From positions 1 through 64,000 of the IMG/VR virus record IMGVR_UViG_3300037882_003336: a DNA stretch of 64,000 bases; one strand, given 5' to 3'. The notes under the pieces are model-generated. The model had not been told where the DNA came from. It saw only the letters and a program-made list of their open reading frames with translations, and did not search any database. This document shows, one piece after another, positions 63,831-64,000 of this stretch. Origin of the DNA: a virus. The translations under genes and the position numbers were made by a program. Positions within the stretch are counted from its first letter, which is position 1. Every line of letters begins with the position of its first letter.

Positions 63831-64000
63831 GATGGAAGTTGATAGCCGCCAGTCTTTTTGGACAGGTCGAAGTTGGATTCAATGAAGTCGATCACGATGG
63901 CGGGATCGACGTGTTTGAAGAACACGATGTTCGGACCATGCTTGTCCAGCATGACCGCCTTGATTTTGCCGTCTGCGAATGAGGCAAGCCCACGGCTGGT
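63827..64000 (-). CDS. 3' end of a hypothetical protein (start lies outside the window)
   Basis: Open frame ...KAVMLDKHGPNIVFF...QLPS* with ATGA overlap. Confidence 0.6.
   Translation of the reverse strand, partial: TSRGLASFADGKIKAVMLDKHGPNIVFFKHVDPAIVIDFIESNFDLSKKTGGYQLPS

Noticed and set aside
1-64000. Stop-codon reassignment
   Set aside because: Genes pack tightly and conserved proteins are full length under the standard bacterial code, with TAA, TAG and TGA all used as stops.

Overview
This window is a segment of a large (jumbo-type) myovirus genome, about 57% GC by eye, with genes almost all on the minus strand. It has a T4-like head module: major capsid gp23 and a gp21-type prohead protease fused to a scaffold. 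Tail genes are scattered and include a gp19-like tube, a 2692-aa baseplate/fibre protein and three paralogous lectin-like proteins. Host-like secreted proteins (a VPxGG-CTERM sorting signal, FN3 proteins with an SxDLxxW...FYR tail, a TAT substrate, two glycosyltransferases) suggest a Verrucomicrobia/PVC host; this is inference. Four observations stand out. (1) An adenylosuccinate synthetase homologue carries the PurZ-diagnostic substitutions, and a phage-encoded PurB lies 5.5 kb away, pointing to a self-contained 2-aminoadenine (Z-DNA) pathway. (2) About 15 unrelated proteins share an N-terminal leader ending in (L/I/V)xE(S/A), resembling T4 capsid-targeting and protease-cleavage sequences, which suggests a large capsid-packaged effector set. 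(3) Seven near-consensus sigma70 promoters sit only 5-6 nt upstream of ATG, implying leaderless early mRNAs. (4) A 148-nt tRNA-like RNA has an encoded CCA but non-canonical loops. All calls come from reading motifs by eye; no searches were run, and several start codons were moved from the ORF track to more plausible downstream ATGs.
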